A DNA stretch of 64,000 nt from Macrostomum lignano (Eukaryota). The position numbers were made by a program, and so were the translations under genes. Positions within the stretch are counted from its first letter, which is position 1. Every line of letters begins with the position of its first letter. Location: the NCBI GenBank assembly GCA_002269645.1, contig NIVC01002026.1:124001-188000 (forward strand), written 5' to 3'. Below, piece by piece: positions 29,165 through 41,464 of the stretch. The notes beneath the pieces were generated by a model, which did no database searches, had not been told where the DNA came from, and saw only the letters and a list, made by a program, of their open reading frames with translations.

Positions 29165-32100
29165 TGTTGGGTGTGGCCATAGACGACTCAGTCGCACACA
29201 CACCCAGCCATAAGCTAAAGAAGCGATGCTACAAGCTTGAGAATGAAAAAAAGGAAAAGTTACGATAACATGAAATAAGACGCTCTGCTAAGAGTGCAAC
29301 TTTTAAGTTGACCTTGTTGATCTTGACTCACTGTCTTCCGCTAGAGAAGAAGTCATAACAGTGGCGTCGCAAGCAATCGTAACCTGACGGTCAGACGTTC
29401 AAGCTCATAATGAGCAAGGATCCGACGAAGTCTGCAGTAGATCCGACTAAGGCACCGGCCAAGTCTGCTGGGATCTCTCCGAGCCGTAATGGAGGAAGTT
29501 CTCAAAACCGGTCACAGTCCCAAGCAACTGAAAGGGATGCTCAAGCCCAGAACGCCACTCAGAGCAGTCGCCAAACCTCGGGAATGTCTGAGATTGAAAG
29601 GTTGGAGGAGTCAACCATTTTGGATCGTTGGCTCGACCGTTTTGAGATCGGAGCCACCCTGTTTAACTGGGACGCATCTGCACGAGCTCATGTCCTGCTG
29701 ATGCGAATGTCACCTGCTCTCTACAATAAGCTAGCGGACTATGTGTCTCCAAAGAAGCCTGGCAAGATGTCGTTTGAGGAACTAACAGGAGCACTACAAG
29801 AACTGTTAATACCCACGACATATGTGTTGGCCGAAAGATTTACATTTCAAAAAATTGGCCGTGAACCCAATGAGCCGGTAAGAGCTTTTGCAGAAAGACT
29901 AGTAAAAGCATCTGAGAAATGTGAGTTTGAAAACAGAGATGTGAGAATGCGTGACCAATTCATATGCGGTCTTGGCAGTCAAGCCATAGTTGGAAAGCTG
30001 ATCATCAAGGATCATAAAACACTCACATTCAAAGAGGCGGTAGCAGAAGCAGAAGCCCATTCAAGTTTGCTGGAAACGCAGATAATGAAGACAGCTCCGA
30101 AATCAGATTCTGGAACAGTTCTAAAAGTCTCAACGCGGAAACCAGGGTCCAGGTCGAAGGATTTCAAAACTCCGGCAGTGGCGGATCGGCTGTGCAGGAA
30201 GTGTGGCGGCAATCATGAAAGGTTTAAATGCCCAGCGTATGGCAAGACCTGCCACCGGTGTGGCAAGGCTAATCATTTTGCCAAAGCCTGCAGAGGCTCA
30301 GACTTCTCACATAGGAAGACCGGGGGCACGTGTAAATCAACCGTAAAGCATGTTCAAGAAAATTCCGAAGTATTCGTCGCTGAAGTGCAAAGTTGCTGCC
30401 CAGATCGGGATCACCGAAAGCCTATCTCCATCACAGTGTCCGTACTGGAAGGGCAAAAGAGATACGCGCTGACATGCGAGCTGGATACCGGAGCAGGTGT
30501 CTCCATAATGTCAGAATCCCTCTGGAAACAGTTAGGTCGACCAGCTCTGAAGAACTCAAACACGCAGCTTGGAGGCTATGTAAGTGATCACAAGTTCACG
30601 GTATTAGGCCGATACGAAGCTGTAGTAGAACTGAATGGAAAATATCAGCGCATTGACTTTGAGGTAGTGAAAGGCAGCAAGAGCTATGCCTTGCTGGGGC
30701 GAGATGTTCTCTGTGTTCAGCTGGACACAGGACATAATGGGGAAGTCTCCATGGATATGGCATCTCCGGCAGCAAGTGCAGCTACAATGAAAGCTCATTT
30801 GGAACTTAAAGATGGAGCAGTACCCAAGTATGTAAAAGCAAGACCGTTACCATTTGCTCAGCGTGAAGCAGTAAAAAAGGAATTGGATCGCTTACTTGAT
30901 GAGGGTATAATCGAAGCTGTGAAATTCTCGGAATGGGCGTCTCCAGTCGTGGTAGTCGGCAAGCCCAACGGCAGTATCAGGCTATGTGTGGACTATAAGA
31001 GTACGCTTAATCCGCAGCTGGTCCCGGATAGCTACCCGACACCGACCCTGGAGGAAGCGTTCTCGACAGTAGCGGGATGCTTTCGGTACAGTATCATCGA
31101 TCTAGAGAAAGCGTACAACCAAGTAAAGCTGTACGATGCATCTAAACCGCTAACCGTGATGTCGACACCGTTTGGAAATTTTAAGTACAATAAACTTGTG
31201 TTTGGAATAAAAACAGCTCCGAGTATTTTCCAACGGTATATATCGCAAGTGATCCAAGGCATTCCCGGAACAATCGCGTATATGGACGATATATTAATTG
31301 GTGGAAGCGATGAGTCAGAGTTGAAAGGACGCGAAGAAGAAGTACTTCACCGTCTAGCATCGGAAGGGCTTAAGGTAAATGATCAGAAATGTCAACGGAA
31401 TTTGTCTCGAGTCCGGTTTTTGGGTCATATTCTGGACAGCGGTCGCATTTATCCTGATGGAGAGAAAGTGCGGGCGATTAAAGAAATGGAAGCTCCGAAG
31501 AATCTTTCCGAGTTAGAATCCTTCCTCAGACTGATTACGTTCTGCTCGCGATTCATTCCAAACCTTTCTGGAATATCGGCACCGTTGGTACATCTAAAGC
31601 GCAAAGGTGTGGAGTTTCGTTGGGGCGCAAAAGAACAATGTGCGTTCAGAAACCTTCAGAAATCACTTTCAGAAGACGCTGCTTTGCATGCGTACGACCC
31701 AAAGCTACCGGTTGAGCTCGAAGTAGACGCTTCGCAAATTGCCCTTGGTGGAGTCCTGGGTCAGCAAGGACGTCCTGTCTTGTACATCAGCAAACTTTTG
31801 TCATCATCGGAGCGAAATTATTCGCAAATAGAGCGAGAAGCGCTTGCGATAATATGGGGTGTTAGAAGATGCCATCGTTTTCTCTGTGGCAGAAAATTTA
31901 AGCTAATAACCGACCATCGCCCTCTCGTTTACATCTTAGCCTGTGACAAAGAGCTACCATCGAGTGTCCGCAAGGCTGCAGAGATGGGCAATATTTCTCA
32001 CGGCGTACGATTACGAGATCGAGTATCGTAAATCTAAAGCTATGGCATCTGACGCGCTCTCAAGATTGGTTCCGCAAGGAAGAAGCGGTGAAACTCTAGA

Positions 32101-33582
32101 GATTGGTAACATTCACGCGGTTTCAACTACACTGTCTCTGGAAGATATAAGGTTAGCAACGAAGAGGTGTAACGAAATGCGCTTGCTGACGAGCGCTATA
32201 AAGACGGGAAGCTTCAAACACCCTAGGCTGCGACCTTTCAAGAATGTTCGAGAAGAACTTTGCGTTCAGGACGATGTTATTCTTCGAGACCACAGGATTG
32301 TTGTTCCAAAAACCTTACACATGAAAGCAATTGCGGCGGTACACGAAGTTCATTTAGGAATGTCCCGCACCAAGTCCTTGGCTCGTGCGAAGTTTTGGTG
32401 GCCAGCCATGGACAGCGATATCGAACGGACAGTCGGTTTGTGCCAGATCTGTAGGACTGCAAAACCGCAAAATAGGAATTTTCGCTCCAGTTGGCCTGAG
32501 GCTGCGGGTCCTTGGGATCGAGTTCATATCGACTTTTCAGGACCGGTCGACAACCACTACATGCTCGTTCTGGTAGATTCGTACAGCGGGTATCCTGAAG
32601 TCCACGTCACCAAAGATATGACGTCTCGAACGGTTATTCAGTGTCTCAGGAGGACATTTTCTCAGCTTGGAATTCCAAGGACACTTGTGTCAGATAACGG
32701 ACCATGCTTTATCAGCAAGGACTTTACGGAGTGGTTGACAGGAATTGACTGTGAGCACCTAACTATCGCAGCTTATCACCCACAAAGTAATGGGGTTGCA
32801 GAGCGTTTTGTTCGCACGCTAAAAGAAAGCATCAAGGCAAATGGCTTCAGTCAAAAGTCTGTGGACCGCTTCTTGCTATTTTATCGCGCATCAGACAACA
32901 AAGCGGGATCTTCACCAGCGGAACAGCTGCTGGGGCACAAGCTCAGGGTTCCGTTTACCAAGAGGCAAGTCGGACTGGAGGATCCAGTTATCTACAAAAA
33001 TTAGAGAGACAAGCCAATCGCTGCAAAACTGCTTTTACCTATCGGAAGGAGCATGGCCATGATCAAGACAGATGAACCGAACTCGAAGTATCGCAAGGTT
33101 CACTTGGATCAGCTACATCCGTACAGTCTAACCGGCGAGGAGCCCGCAGAAACCGACAGAATGCCACCCGGAGCTGGCGAGCACGCGGCAGGGAGGAAAC
33201 AAGAAGAGGAGCCTCCACAACAAGAGGGGTTGCGTACACCTCCAAACCCTGCGGTTCCCGAGGATACTATTGAACCCAGGAGAAGCATGCGACTTTCGGA
33301 GAAACCCAAAGTTAACTATAAGTGCTAAAATTTGTTCCTCCCGCATTAACTTTAAAAATTGTTCTTTGCCATTGTAAGGGGGGAGATGTTGGGTGTGGCC
33401 ATAGACGACTCAGTCGCACACACACCCAGCCATAAGCTAAAGAAGCGATGCTTCAAGCTTGAGAATGAAAAAAAGGAAAAGTTACGATAACATGAAATAA
33501 GACGCTCTGCTAAGAGTGCAACTTTTAAGTTGACCTTGTTGATCTTGACTCACTGTCTTCCGCTAGAGAAGAAGTCATAACA
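29165..33582 (+). mobile_element. Ty3/Gypsy LTR retrotransposon (Mag-like), 4418 bp, inserted in the Helitron Rep exon
   Basis: LTRs 29165-29360 and 33387-33582 (196 bp, TG..CA, one mismatch); TSD GTACG; PBS TGGCGTCGCAAGC (tRNA-Ser-like, inferred); PPT AAGGGGGGAGA. Confidence 0.96.
29410..33328 (+). CDS. Gypsy gag-pol (gag with two Cys/His knuckles, PR, RT, RNase H, integrase); frameshift ~31960 and in-frame TAG 33002-33004
   Basis: CRKCGGNH..CPAYGKTCHRCGKANHFAKAC, LDTGAG, WASPVVVV, YMDD, VDAS..YSQIEREALAI, HLGMSRTK..CQIC, HIDF..DNG..GVAERFVRTLK. Confidence 0.93.
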
Positions 33583-35061
33583 GTACGTACTCCAGAGCAT
33601 CGTATGCCGGATATGTCACCGAGACTGACACTTTGCGTCGAGCTGTTCCGTCATTGCGGAGCTTAATCACCACTTCTCGCCCTGTAGCGGCGACTTTAGA
33701 GGCATCGTCGACAATCAGGATGCCCACCTCGTCAGCTTTAGGCCGATTGTAGCTCCTAAAATAACAAGAAAAAATCAATTTATATGCAACACCACTGGTG
33801 TACAAAACGATTCAGCGCACAATGCTGAAAACTGCCGAGGCTCACCAAACGTGCTCGCCTCTCGGACGGCGGTCAGGGAAAATCATGATCCGAGCATCGG
33901 CCATCTGTGAGTCGTCCTTTATCCTCTGCGCTGCAGCTTTCAGGCTCCTGAAGTATTCATTACAGCCGTGTAGCAGGGTCTGCAGCTGCTCTAGCAGCTC
34001 GCGCTCAACATTCGTGCTCAGACTCAGGCGGCTCTTCAGCTCGTTGTCGGTAAAGTATACCTGCCAGCCCTGAGGCACTGCGGCGTTATGGGCGTACAGG
34101 GGCGCAATGTTTTGGTACAACTGACCGCTGAGGATGAAACTGGGCACGTAGCTTCCCCGCAACGGCCGTACATTAGCCTTCAGCGACGTCAGGTGCAGGA
34201 CGGCATTGTAGCTGCGAATGTTCTTTAGAAATGTGGCGCTGTGAGGGTGGCGCCCTGCAAACAGGTCATACAGAAGCGGCAGAAGGGACCTGGCGGGTGG
34301 CGGCTTCACTTTTCCATGGGCACAGCAGATTCCTGATTACTCTCCACCCCACCGAAGGGCGCTGCAGTGGTTTCAGGGAATGCTCATGCGGCCCATCCGG
34401 TGGCCCTGCCAGTCTGGCGGAACTGAGGTGTCAGCCCTGTGAGTGAATGCAGGTATAAAATAAACTGATTTTAGCTTTATCCTAAAACACTGTAAGATAC
34501 CCTTTATTTTAAGCCTACGAGCTTTTATTTAACAGAATAAAGTAGAAAAAACGAAGCATACAAACTCACTGATTCCCCTCATCCGCTTCATCAGATAGGT
34601 CAGATGCCTGGTTGCCTTCCCGTAGCTCAGGGCCGTCCTTCAATATGGTTGCAAGTGCCGCCGCTGGGTCAACAGAGCTGCCATGACTGTGTAAATTTAA
34701 ATGAATTGTTAAATGGCAGCTTTTGTGTAGGAATACTAAAGTTCCGTGAAGAATGGACTATACAAAGATATTTTGTATATGATGTCATAATCGTTATCGT
34801 AAAGGTATTTTATTGATTTATTAAGTAGGCATGGATTCCGCATGAAATGCAGCTCACCAAACGCCATCAGCAGAAAGATCAGGCTCTACAGATGCTGTAC
34901 AGCAGGTTGGCTGCGCATTGTGCTGGGACACGCTGCCAAGGGTGCGAGATTGATAAATTATGCACGGCTTAAGACATAAGGCTTAAAAGACAACGCAAGT
35001 AAACTGAAATTTGAAAGCACAGAGCACAGAGACTTCCCAATTAAATGAAATAAAGACAAAC

Positions 35062-35523
35062 TTACCTAGGAGACCCAAAATTCACCACATCGTAGTGCCT
35101 GAGGTGGCGGTTGTACAGCAGCCGCACTGTGGCGACAGGAGGCTGAGTAGCTGCGGAGGCCGACTGCACCAACTGCAGCTGAGTTCTGTCGTTATCGTCA
35201 AACTGGTAGATAGCATAGTCGACATCAAGCAGCTGGTTCAGCAAGGCTGCAACTGAATCATGGACCTCAACTCCATCCCGCTGTGTATCATGAAGAACTC
35301 CTTCGACTGAAAGTTCGTCAGCCTCTAGCAGCTCTCGTTGTGCTTCAAGTAAAGGGCGAAACCGCTCACTAATAAGCTGTCGTAGCTGATAGGGAGTCAC
35401 ATGGCTGTAAACTGGACTTCCAGTCAAATGGTGCTGTACAGCATAAAACCAGCAGTTGCCATCACCGGACATCGAGATGACTTGAGAGGCACTGATGGGC
35501 ACAGTTCTAGGCGTAGATGACAC
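35062..35523 (-). CDS. OTU-like cysteine protease domain of the Helitron
   Basis: GDGNCWFYAV catalytic Cys box and LLYNRHLRHYDVV His box. Preceded by an Arg/Glu-rich RAEES-repeat segment (35620-35976) typical of Helitron N-termini. Confidence 0.85.
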   Translation of the reverse strand: MSSTPRTVPISASQVISMSGDGNCWFYAVQHHLTGSPVYSHVTPYQLRQLISERFRPLLEAQRELLEADELSVEGVLHDTQRDGVEVHDSVAALLNQLLDVDYAIYQFDDNDRTQLQLVQSASAATQPPVATVRLLYNRHLRHYDVVNFGSPR

Positions 35524-36734
35524 GAGACTGCGAGATTTTTATCGATTTAGAATTTAGATGTATAAAAAAGGTATTAAGCACTTAGCTTTGTGCAGTAAAA
35601 TTAAAGACATTCTTACATGTTGTTGCACCTTTCGTGACCTAAATACTCTCGGTAGCGCTCCCTTTCAGCTTGCAGTCTGCCATCTCGCGCACCAGGTGAC
35701 TCTTCTGCTCTACACTGACCTGAGCGCGCCCTGTCAGCTAGCAGTCTCTGCATTTCTCGCAACCGGCGACTCTTCTGCTCTACGCTGACCTGAGCGCTCT
35801 CGCTCGGCTTGCAATCGAGTGTCACAAACGATAGGAGATCCCATAGCAAGGCGTCTCTGCTTGCTTAACTGCCTTTCTAGCAGACGCAGCTCACGGGCCT
35901 CAGCAGTCTCCTCTCTACGGCGCCTTTTTGCCTCGCGATTTTTCTGAGCAGCGCTTTTAGCTCGACGGCGAGCCATCAGAGTTAAAAGCAACTTTTGTCA
36001 ACTCAAGCAATATAGATGCAGTATAGACACAAGCAATGTAAAAGTTCGAAGAAATGAAGAAACTGAAATACCGGTCGGACAGATCTAAGAGATTTAGTAT
36101 ATTGTGATGATGATGATGATGAGTATATTGTGATGAAAATCTTAGACAATTAGTATAGTTGGATTTGCGCACATTAATTGCCTTTGTCAAATACTCATTT
36201 ACAAAGGTGGGCACTTTCAAGGTGGGCACTCATTTTGGCGCCGCAGGCAATCAGCACTAAGCCTCAATACGCGGTCTTAACTTGTCAAACCTCCAACTTT
36301 TATCAGCACGTCGACCAACTGTGTCCGCATCGGCTTCACCCGCTTCCAGATTTTCAATATGTAGAGCAAACCACCGCGCTCTCCAATAACTTAATCCTTA
36401 TCCTAATCCTGTATTGCATGTATTTCTGGCGTTTTAATTAGAGACTTTGTTTAAAACTTAGAAATAAAATAATAAAACAAAATATTCAGTTTTTTGTGTT
36501 TAGCTAAACTTTTACGCGATAAATTATTTTTACAAATAAAGCGTTTTATTTCTGAGGTGAACATTTTACTCATTGGTATAAACTTTGTTCATCGCGACAT
36601 TCTGAACGGAAAGAAGATTTGGCAGTGCCTTTTATTGAGCCAATGCTATCATTTATACGCTCGTAGTTTTGTTTTGTTTTTCTGCGGATTCTGCATTGAA
36701 AAATTAAAAATTGAATTTATTCCCAGTTGAAAAT

Positions 36735-37338
36735 TTAGAACGTTGTGCAGTTGAGCAGCCAGAGCAGGCAGGCGGCGAAACTGATGGCGGATGCAGCTGA
36801 GAGGCTTCCTTTTCTACTGGCCGAGTTGCACTTGTCAGAAGTGCACGCGCTGCAGGTGACCGATAAAGACTTGGTAGCAACAGGCATCTCCATACTGCAA
36901 TCTCCACAAACTCCACCAGCCTGAAAATGAGGTAAATAACAGTCTACAGTACTGTGTACTAATATGAGTGCTCAGGAAAACTATCAGACTCAGTGCTGCG
37001 CAGCTGACTCACGAAATATTTGCCATCTTGATAGCCGTGCATTCGTTTACAGTGTTTAATTTTTTTATCATCGGAAAGCTTTGTCACTTTTAAAATTTTT
37101 TTTAGTTCTTCATTGCAGTTTAAAGTTTTAGGAGTCTCATCCTTCTCAGCATCATATACATAGCACTCAAGACTGTTGGTCACGGCTGCAAGACAAATTG
37201 TATGCAGGACATGTAAATGCAATAAGATATAACAAAGTACATTTGCCCATCATATAGTCAGAATGGCTTAATTAGCTTACCAATACACGCAGACAATAGA
37301 ATGCCGATAGAGGCAAATGTTTTTACGTTAAGCGGCAT
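36735..37338 (-). CDS. Ly6/three-finger-like GPI-anchored protein, paralog B; exons 37281-37338, 37013-37185, 36735-36920
   Basis: Same exon lengths (58/173/186 nt) and Cys pattern as paralog A; MPLNVKTFASIGILLSACIAVTNSLECY...CSACTSDKCN + hydrophobic tail; intact frame. Confidence 0.85.
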
Positions 37339-39785
37339 TGCGTTAATCCGGCCGAGAAATCTGCGATTTAATTGATTGATTTTTATTATGATTTATGCTT
37401 CTGAGCGGTAAGACTTCGATATCGATTCTTGTTTCTGTATGGTGGCTCGAATACGAGCGTAGTTCAACCTCTCGAATCAAAGCCTGTTTTTGCTGCCAAC
37501 TCGACACATTCTATGGTAATAACTGCTGCAAATGCGTCAAGTAGTGGAAACAAGTTTTTTTGCACTTAAACCTCACGAGGCCCACGCGCAGAATGAGGCT
37601 GCATGCTAAAAGTTTAATTCAAATTGCTCAGAACTGTCTGATGGGTTTCGACCTTTCAGGCCCCTTGTGAGGAAGCCTTCGGGCCTCAGGCCTCAGAAAT
37701 AAATCAATTAGAGTCCTGGCCCCCCACTCCGGGACTCTCGAAATCGGGCTTCCGACTAGAAGGGGCTTTGCACTTACCTGCCAACTAGTGTCTTTTTGCT
37801 GTCAATCTCGAAGTCATAGCCGATGATAAGGGACACTGCTGGGACTAGATCGCATTGGCCATGCAGGTACAGAGGGGACTTGTGCAGGGGATTCTTGCAG
37901 TGGCGAGTCTATGGGGTAGCTACATGTACTATTACATTGCTAAATACGAAGATATGTACTTTTGGCCTTCAACACGCCAACTAGCCTCTCATAGCGCTGA
38001 TGATAGACTAACTCGAACTTCGGAGACCGCATGATTCATTACCCGAGCCGCTTGGCTAACCTAGAGTGCACAAAGTACATCTCTGGCGCCGATTCTGCAC
38101 TTCTGGCAGTTTTGCTCACTGATTTGATTGATTGATCGACTGAGAACTGCCTTGCCATTGGTCCACTGTGACCGGCGCCTACTAGCTTAGCTACTCATCT
38201 GAGCCATCGGCGAACAAAGAAATAAAGCCGATAAAAATAACTGTTAAATTTAACCTTCTCCTTAGATCACTTCACACCTCAGATTGAATTGGAGTTTCAG
38301 ACTACTAGCAGTATTATTAAGTGATTTCTTCCTCAGTAACAGCACTACTGAACAAAATGAGCAAAAGTGTGCGCCTAATCCAGCTACTGAAACAGGGGAC
38401 AGACAGGGAATCACCCAATCAAGCAAGTCTAGGTAGCCTCTCACCCAACCAATCAGAAACTCAACAGCCGGAGACCAGGTAATCCACAGTGACCGAATCG
38501 GCTTGATGCTCTGTAGCTGCAGACTCGGGATGATGCTGTCAAAGTCTTCGCTGATAGCTAGCAGGTGATGATCTTCGCTTGATGTTCGCTGCTGACGACC
38601 GGGGGACTCGTCCTTGATGATGATGGGGGAAGTCGCAATCCGGGGATCAAGAAACGACGGTCAGTTCCGGGCCGGTGGAGTAGGAACCAGGCCAGAGTCG
38701 GAACAGGTACCGGTTGAGGTCCTAGCGGGCCAAAAACACCGGTTTAAATAGCCGCCAACTGGACCGCAGTTTGTTATAATGGAACACGTCGATTCTGATT
38801 GGCTGAGCCGTTTTGTTAAAATGAGCGCCGAATTTTCTGATTGGCTAAGCTTGTTGCTACCCAGAATCACGTGACCGAGAGATCCTATCAGTTCCCACAG
38901 GGTCGAAAAAAGATGACAGGTGCGGCCATAAATCACTCAAAATCGCAACAAAATGATTTATGACTTTTCGCGTAGGATTGACAGAAATTAATGAAAAAAT
39001 ATACATTAGAAAGCTCTTATTAAATAGAAAGTGAAGATAATGAAGAGAAATTGCTAATCGCTAATCCCAAAGTACTTTTAGGGGTAAAACGCATAGCTGT
39101 CAAAGCTCTCACACGCTTGAGTGAACACGAACAATAGGCTCTGACCTCATAAATCTTGATGGCCTGTCAAAATGATGAGAAAAAAGCTGCCGCCCGCATC
39201 CTCTCAGACCATCTGGCGCCCGTCTCAACACTGAATGAGGCGCAGGTGGCTGTCAGACCAGCTTCGAAAGCGATGATTTATGACCCAAAAAGCTGCGCCT
39301 ATGTAATTATGACTACTAGTATGACATTATATCTAGTATAGATTCTTTGACAATTCGCAGAAAAGGATAAAAATGCCCACTGCCCACTGTTAGTAGGCAA
39401 GTAAGTTTAGAGCCCATGTGCTAGCGCGGGATTTGGGAAAAAGTGCGTCCTCATCATGTCGCTATAAAATTATTTTAATTTATGATAATTAACTCTGATT
39501 GACTGGAAATGTGCATTGAATACTACTGATCGGAACTTTATATAAGTATGAGCGAGCCTGAGAGCTGAATTTCTATATTTCTGGACTGCCTTGAGCTTTG
39601 AGCTTTGAGCTTTGAGAAGGGATTTTTTCTCTCGCCTGCCTCAATGGAGCAAATAAATTTTGTTTGAGGCTTACTCGCAGGTAAGGCAGAGATGGAAACG
39701 ACTAGTACAGATAATTACAGCTACATGTAGATCGAGAAGGCAATTAAGGGTGGTATTGCTCCAAAATGGCTGGCAAATGTATTTG

Positions 39786-39938
39786 GTGCCCCTGGCGCCC
39801 CTGGTGCTGGCGCCACTGGTGCTGGCGACCCTGGTGCTGGCGCCGCTGGTGCTGGCGCCCCTGGTGCTGGCGCCCCTGGTGCTGGCGCCCCTGGTGCTGG
39901 CGCCCCTGGTGCTGGCGCCCCTGGTGCTGGCGCCCCTG
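39786..39938. repeat. 15-bp tandem CTGGTGCTGGCGCCC (paralog B flank)
   Basis: About 10 copies; surrounding sequence 39642-39785 aligns to 17028-17395. Confidence 0.9.
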
Positions 39939-40218
39939 ATCCTAAAGTTTCTGGCTATGTTTTGAAAAATCCGTCCTGTAAAAGTACACTGCAAATGAAA
40001 AAAGAGCTTGATCTCTTGCGTTCATCTCTGAAAAACACACACCGCTTCTTTGGGAATTCGGGAGTCCAAGACTGACACTTTGGAAATTCTGCTTTGTCCT
40101 TCGTCCTTCTGGAATTGTCTGACACTTTCATCTGACGGAATTGCCTGACACTTTCATCTGACAATTGTTTTGATACTTGTATCTGACGGTTTTTCTGAAA
40201 CTTATAATAACAATATTT

Positions 40219-40508
40219 GATTACACCTGCCCTAAATGGCCAGATGTGCAACCGACAGCTCAGTCGCAGCTATTTGCGCAGCGCATCTGAAGGCTGCGTA
40301 CGGCTGTTCAGTCCAAGGACTGGGAGGGGGGTCGCCACACACATCTTCAATCACCCCAGCTAATGCTCGCACCCATTTTACAGCTGGGTGAACTGAAGCA
40401 ACTTGCAGAGTTGAGTGTCTTGCTCAAGGACAACGTTCCGAGTGGGATTGGGAATCGAAACCCCGACCTTACAGTCGTGAGTGGCCGTCGCTCTAACCAC
40501 CCGGCTGC
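40219..40508 (-). mobile_element. tRNA-derived CORE-type SINE, copy 1
   Basis: A box TGGTTAGAGCG, B-box-like GGTTTCGATTCC, then TCCTTGAGCAAGACACT...TTCAGTTCACCCAGCTGTAAAATGGG resembling the MIR CORE. Confidence 0.8.
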
Positions 40509-40929
40509 AACCCGTCTTGGATGTAACAAATAGATTAAAAATCAGAAATAAATTTTAACTGCAATCATCTAAATTTAATATATTGTAGTAAGCCATTTAT
40601 GTAAATTTAAAAAGCAAAAATTACCAACATAATTGAACTTTATTACATGCTACGAATAACAATAAATGATTTCGAAAAAAATTCAATAAGTCAATGTAGT
40701 CTACCATAATTTAGTATTGAAGAATATGCATTCACACATTTCTGAAAGTCAAAAGTCATGGTGAAAGAAAAAGAAATTTAAACGCAGAACATTTTTTACA
40801 TGCAATAAAACCTAAAATTGCAAAAAATTAATCTAGAGGCTGACTAGAATGGCTTTACAGTTATTAATTAGCTTATTATCAGCGCGCAAAATTTATAATC
40901 AGTTCACATGAAGTTGCAAGGGTTCATGT

Positions 40930-41460
40930 CCAGACCAGATGGAGTTTCGATAAGGATCCATGCCCAGTCCAGATCGAGTTTAAAAAAGGTCCATTCCCAG
41001 TCCAGCTGGAGTTTCGAAAGGGTCCTTGCCCAGTCAAGATGAAATTTCAGCGTCCATTCCCAGTCCAGATCGAGTTCTGAAAGGGTCCATGCCCAGTCCA
41101 GATCGAGTTTTAAAAAAAGTCCATTCCCAGTCCAGTTTGAGTTTCAATAAGGGTCCTTGCCCAGTCCAGATTGAGCCTTGAAATTGGGTCCATGGCCAGT
41201 CTAGATCAAGTTTTAAAAAGGGTCCATGACCAGTCCAGATTAAGCTTGAAAGGGTCCATGACTATTCCAGATCGAGTTTACAAAAGGTCCATTCCCAGTC
41301 CAGTTGGAGTTTCGATAAGGGTCCATGCCCAGTCCAGATCGAGTTTCAAAAAGGTCCATATGCGCAGTCCAGATTGAGTATAATAAGGGTCAATTTCCAA
41401 TCCAGATCCAGTTTCAAAAGGGTCCATGCCCAGTCCAGTTGGAGTGTCAAGGGTCCCTGT
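40930..41460. repeat. Diverged ~31-33-bp tandem array downstream of the SAM gene
   Basis: Repeated AGGGTCCATGCCCAGTCCAGATCGAGTTTCAAA-like units. Confidence 0.85.
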
Positions 41461-41464
41461 CCAG

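Larger units (their letters stand above)
24584..34440 (-). pseudogene. Helitron RepHel (HUH Rep + PIF1-family helicase), spliced, with frameshifts, a stop and a Gypsy insertion
   Basis: CC..GKVKPP/NIRSYN, YDALEYVL[insertion]FLPFGEDGW, FITATCNPKW, EYQKRG|LPHVHLLLW (HUH), VVPYNP..HLNVE..KYVIKY, APAGTGKT, WDEISM, GGDFRQLLPVV, QFPVRPSFCLTIHKSQGQSL, HGQLYTALSRA. Hand-placed introns include 28387-28552, 27478-28043, 26981-27161, 25882-25958, 25352-25485. Stop at 28795; shifts near 34360, 28630, 25700. Confidence 0.92.
22135..36107 (-). mobile_element. Autonomous-type Helitron (degenerate), ~9.6 kb without the Gypsy insertion
   Basis: 5' A|TC at 36107; 3' hairpin GCCCCCC-agc-GGGGGGC (22146-22162) 7 nt before terminal CTAG (22135-22138); encodes OTU, Rep, PIF1 helicase and RPA70-like domains. 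Confidence 0.88.

Noticed and set aside
33053-33328. Separate env-like ORF in the Gypsy element
   Set aside because: Same frame as integrase after a single TAG; no signal peptide or transmembrane segment; ends in the usual RRS.R integrase tail.
37640-37705. Penelope-type hammerhead ribozyme
   Set aside because: A UUCG-capped stem is present, but the CUGANGA and GAAA core elements are not correctly placed on either strand.
40430-40508. tRNA gene
   Set aside because: Only A/B boxes; no full cloverleaf or acceptor stem, and it continues into a SINE body present three times.
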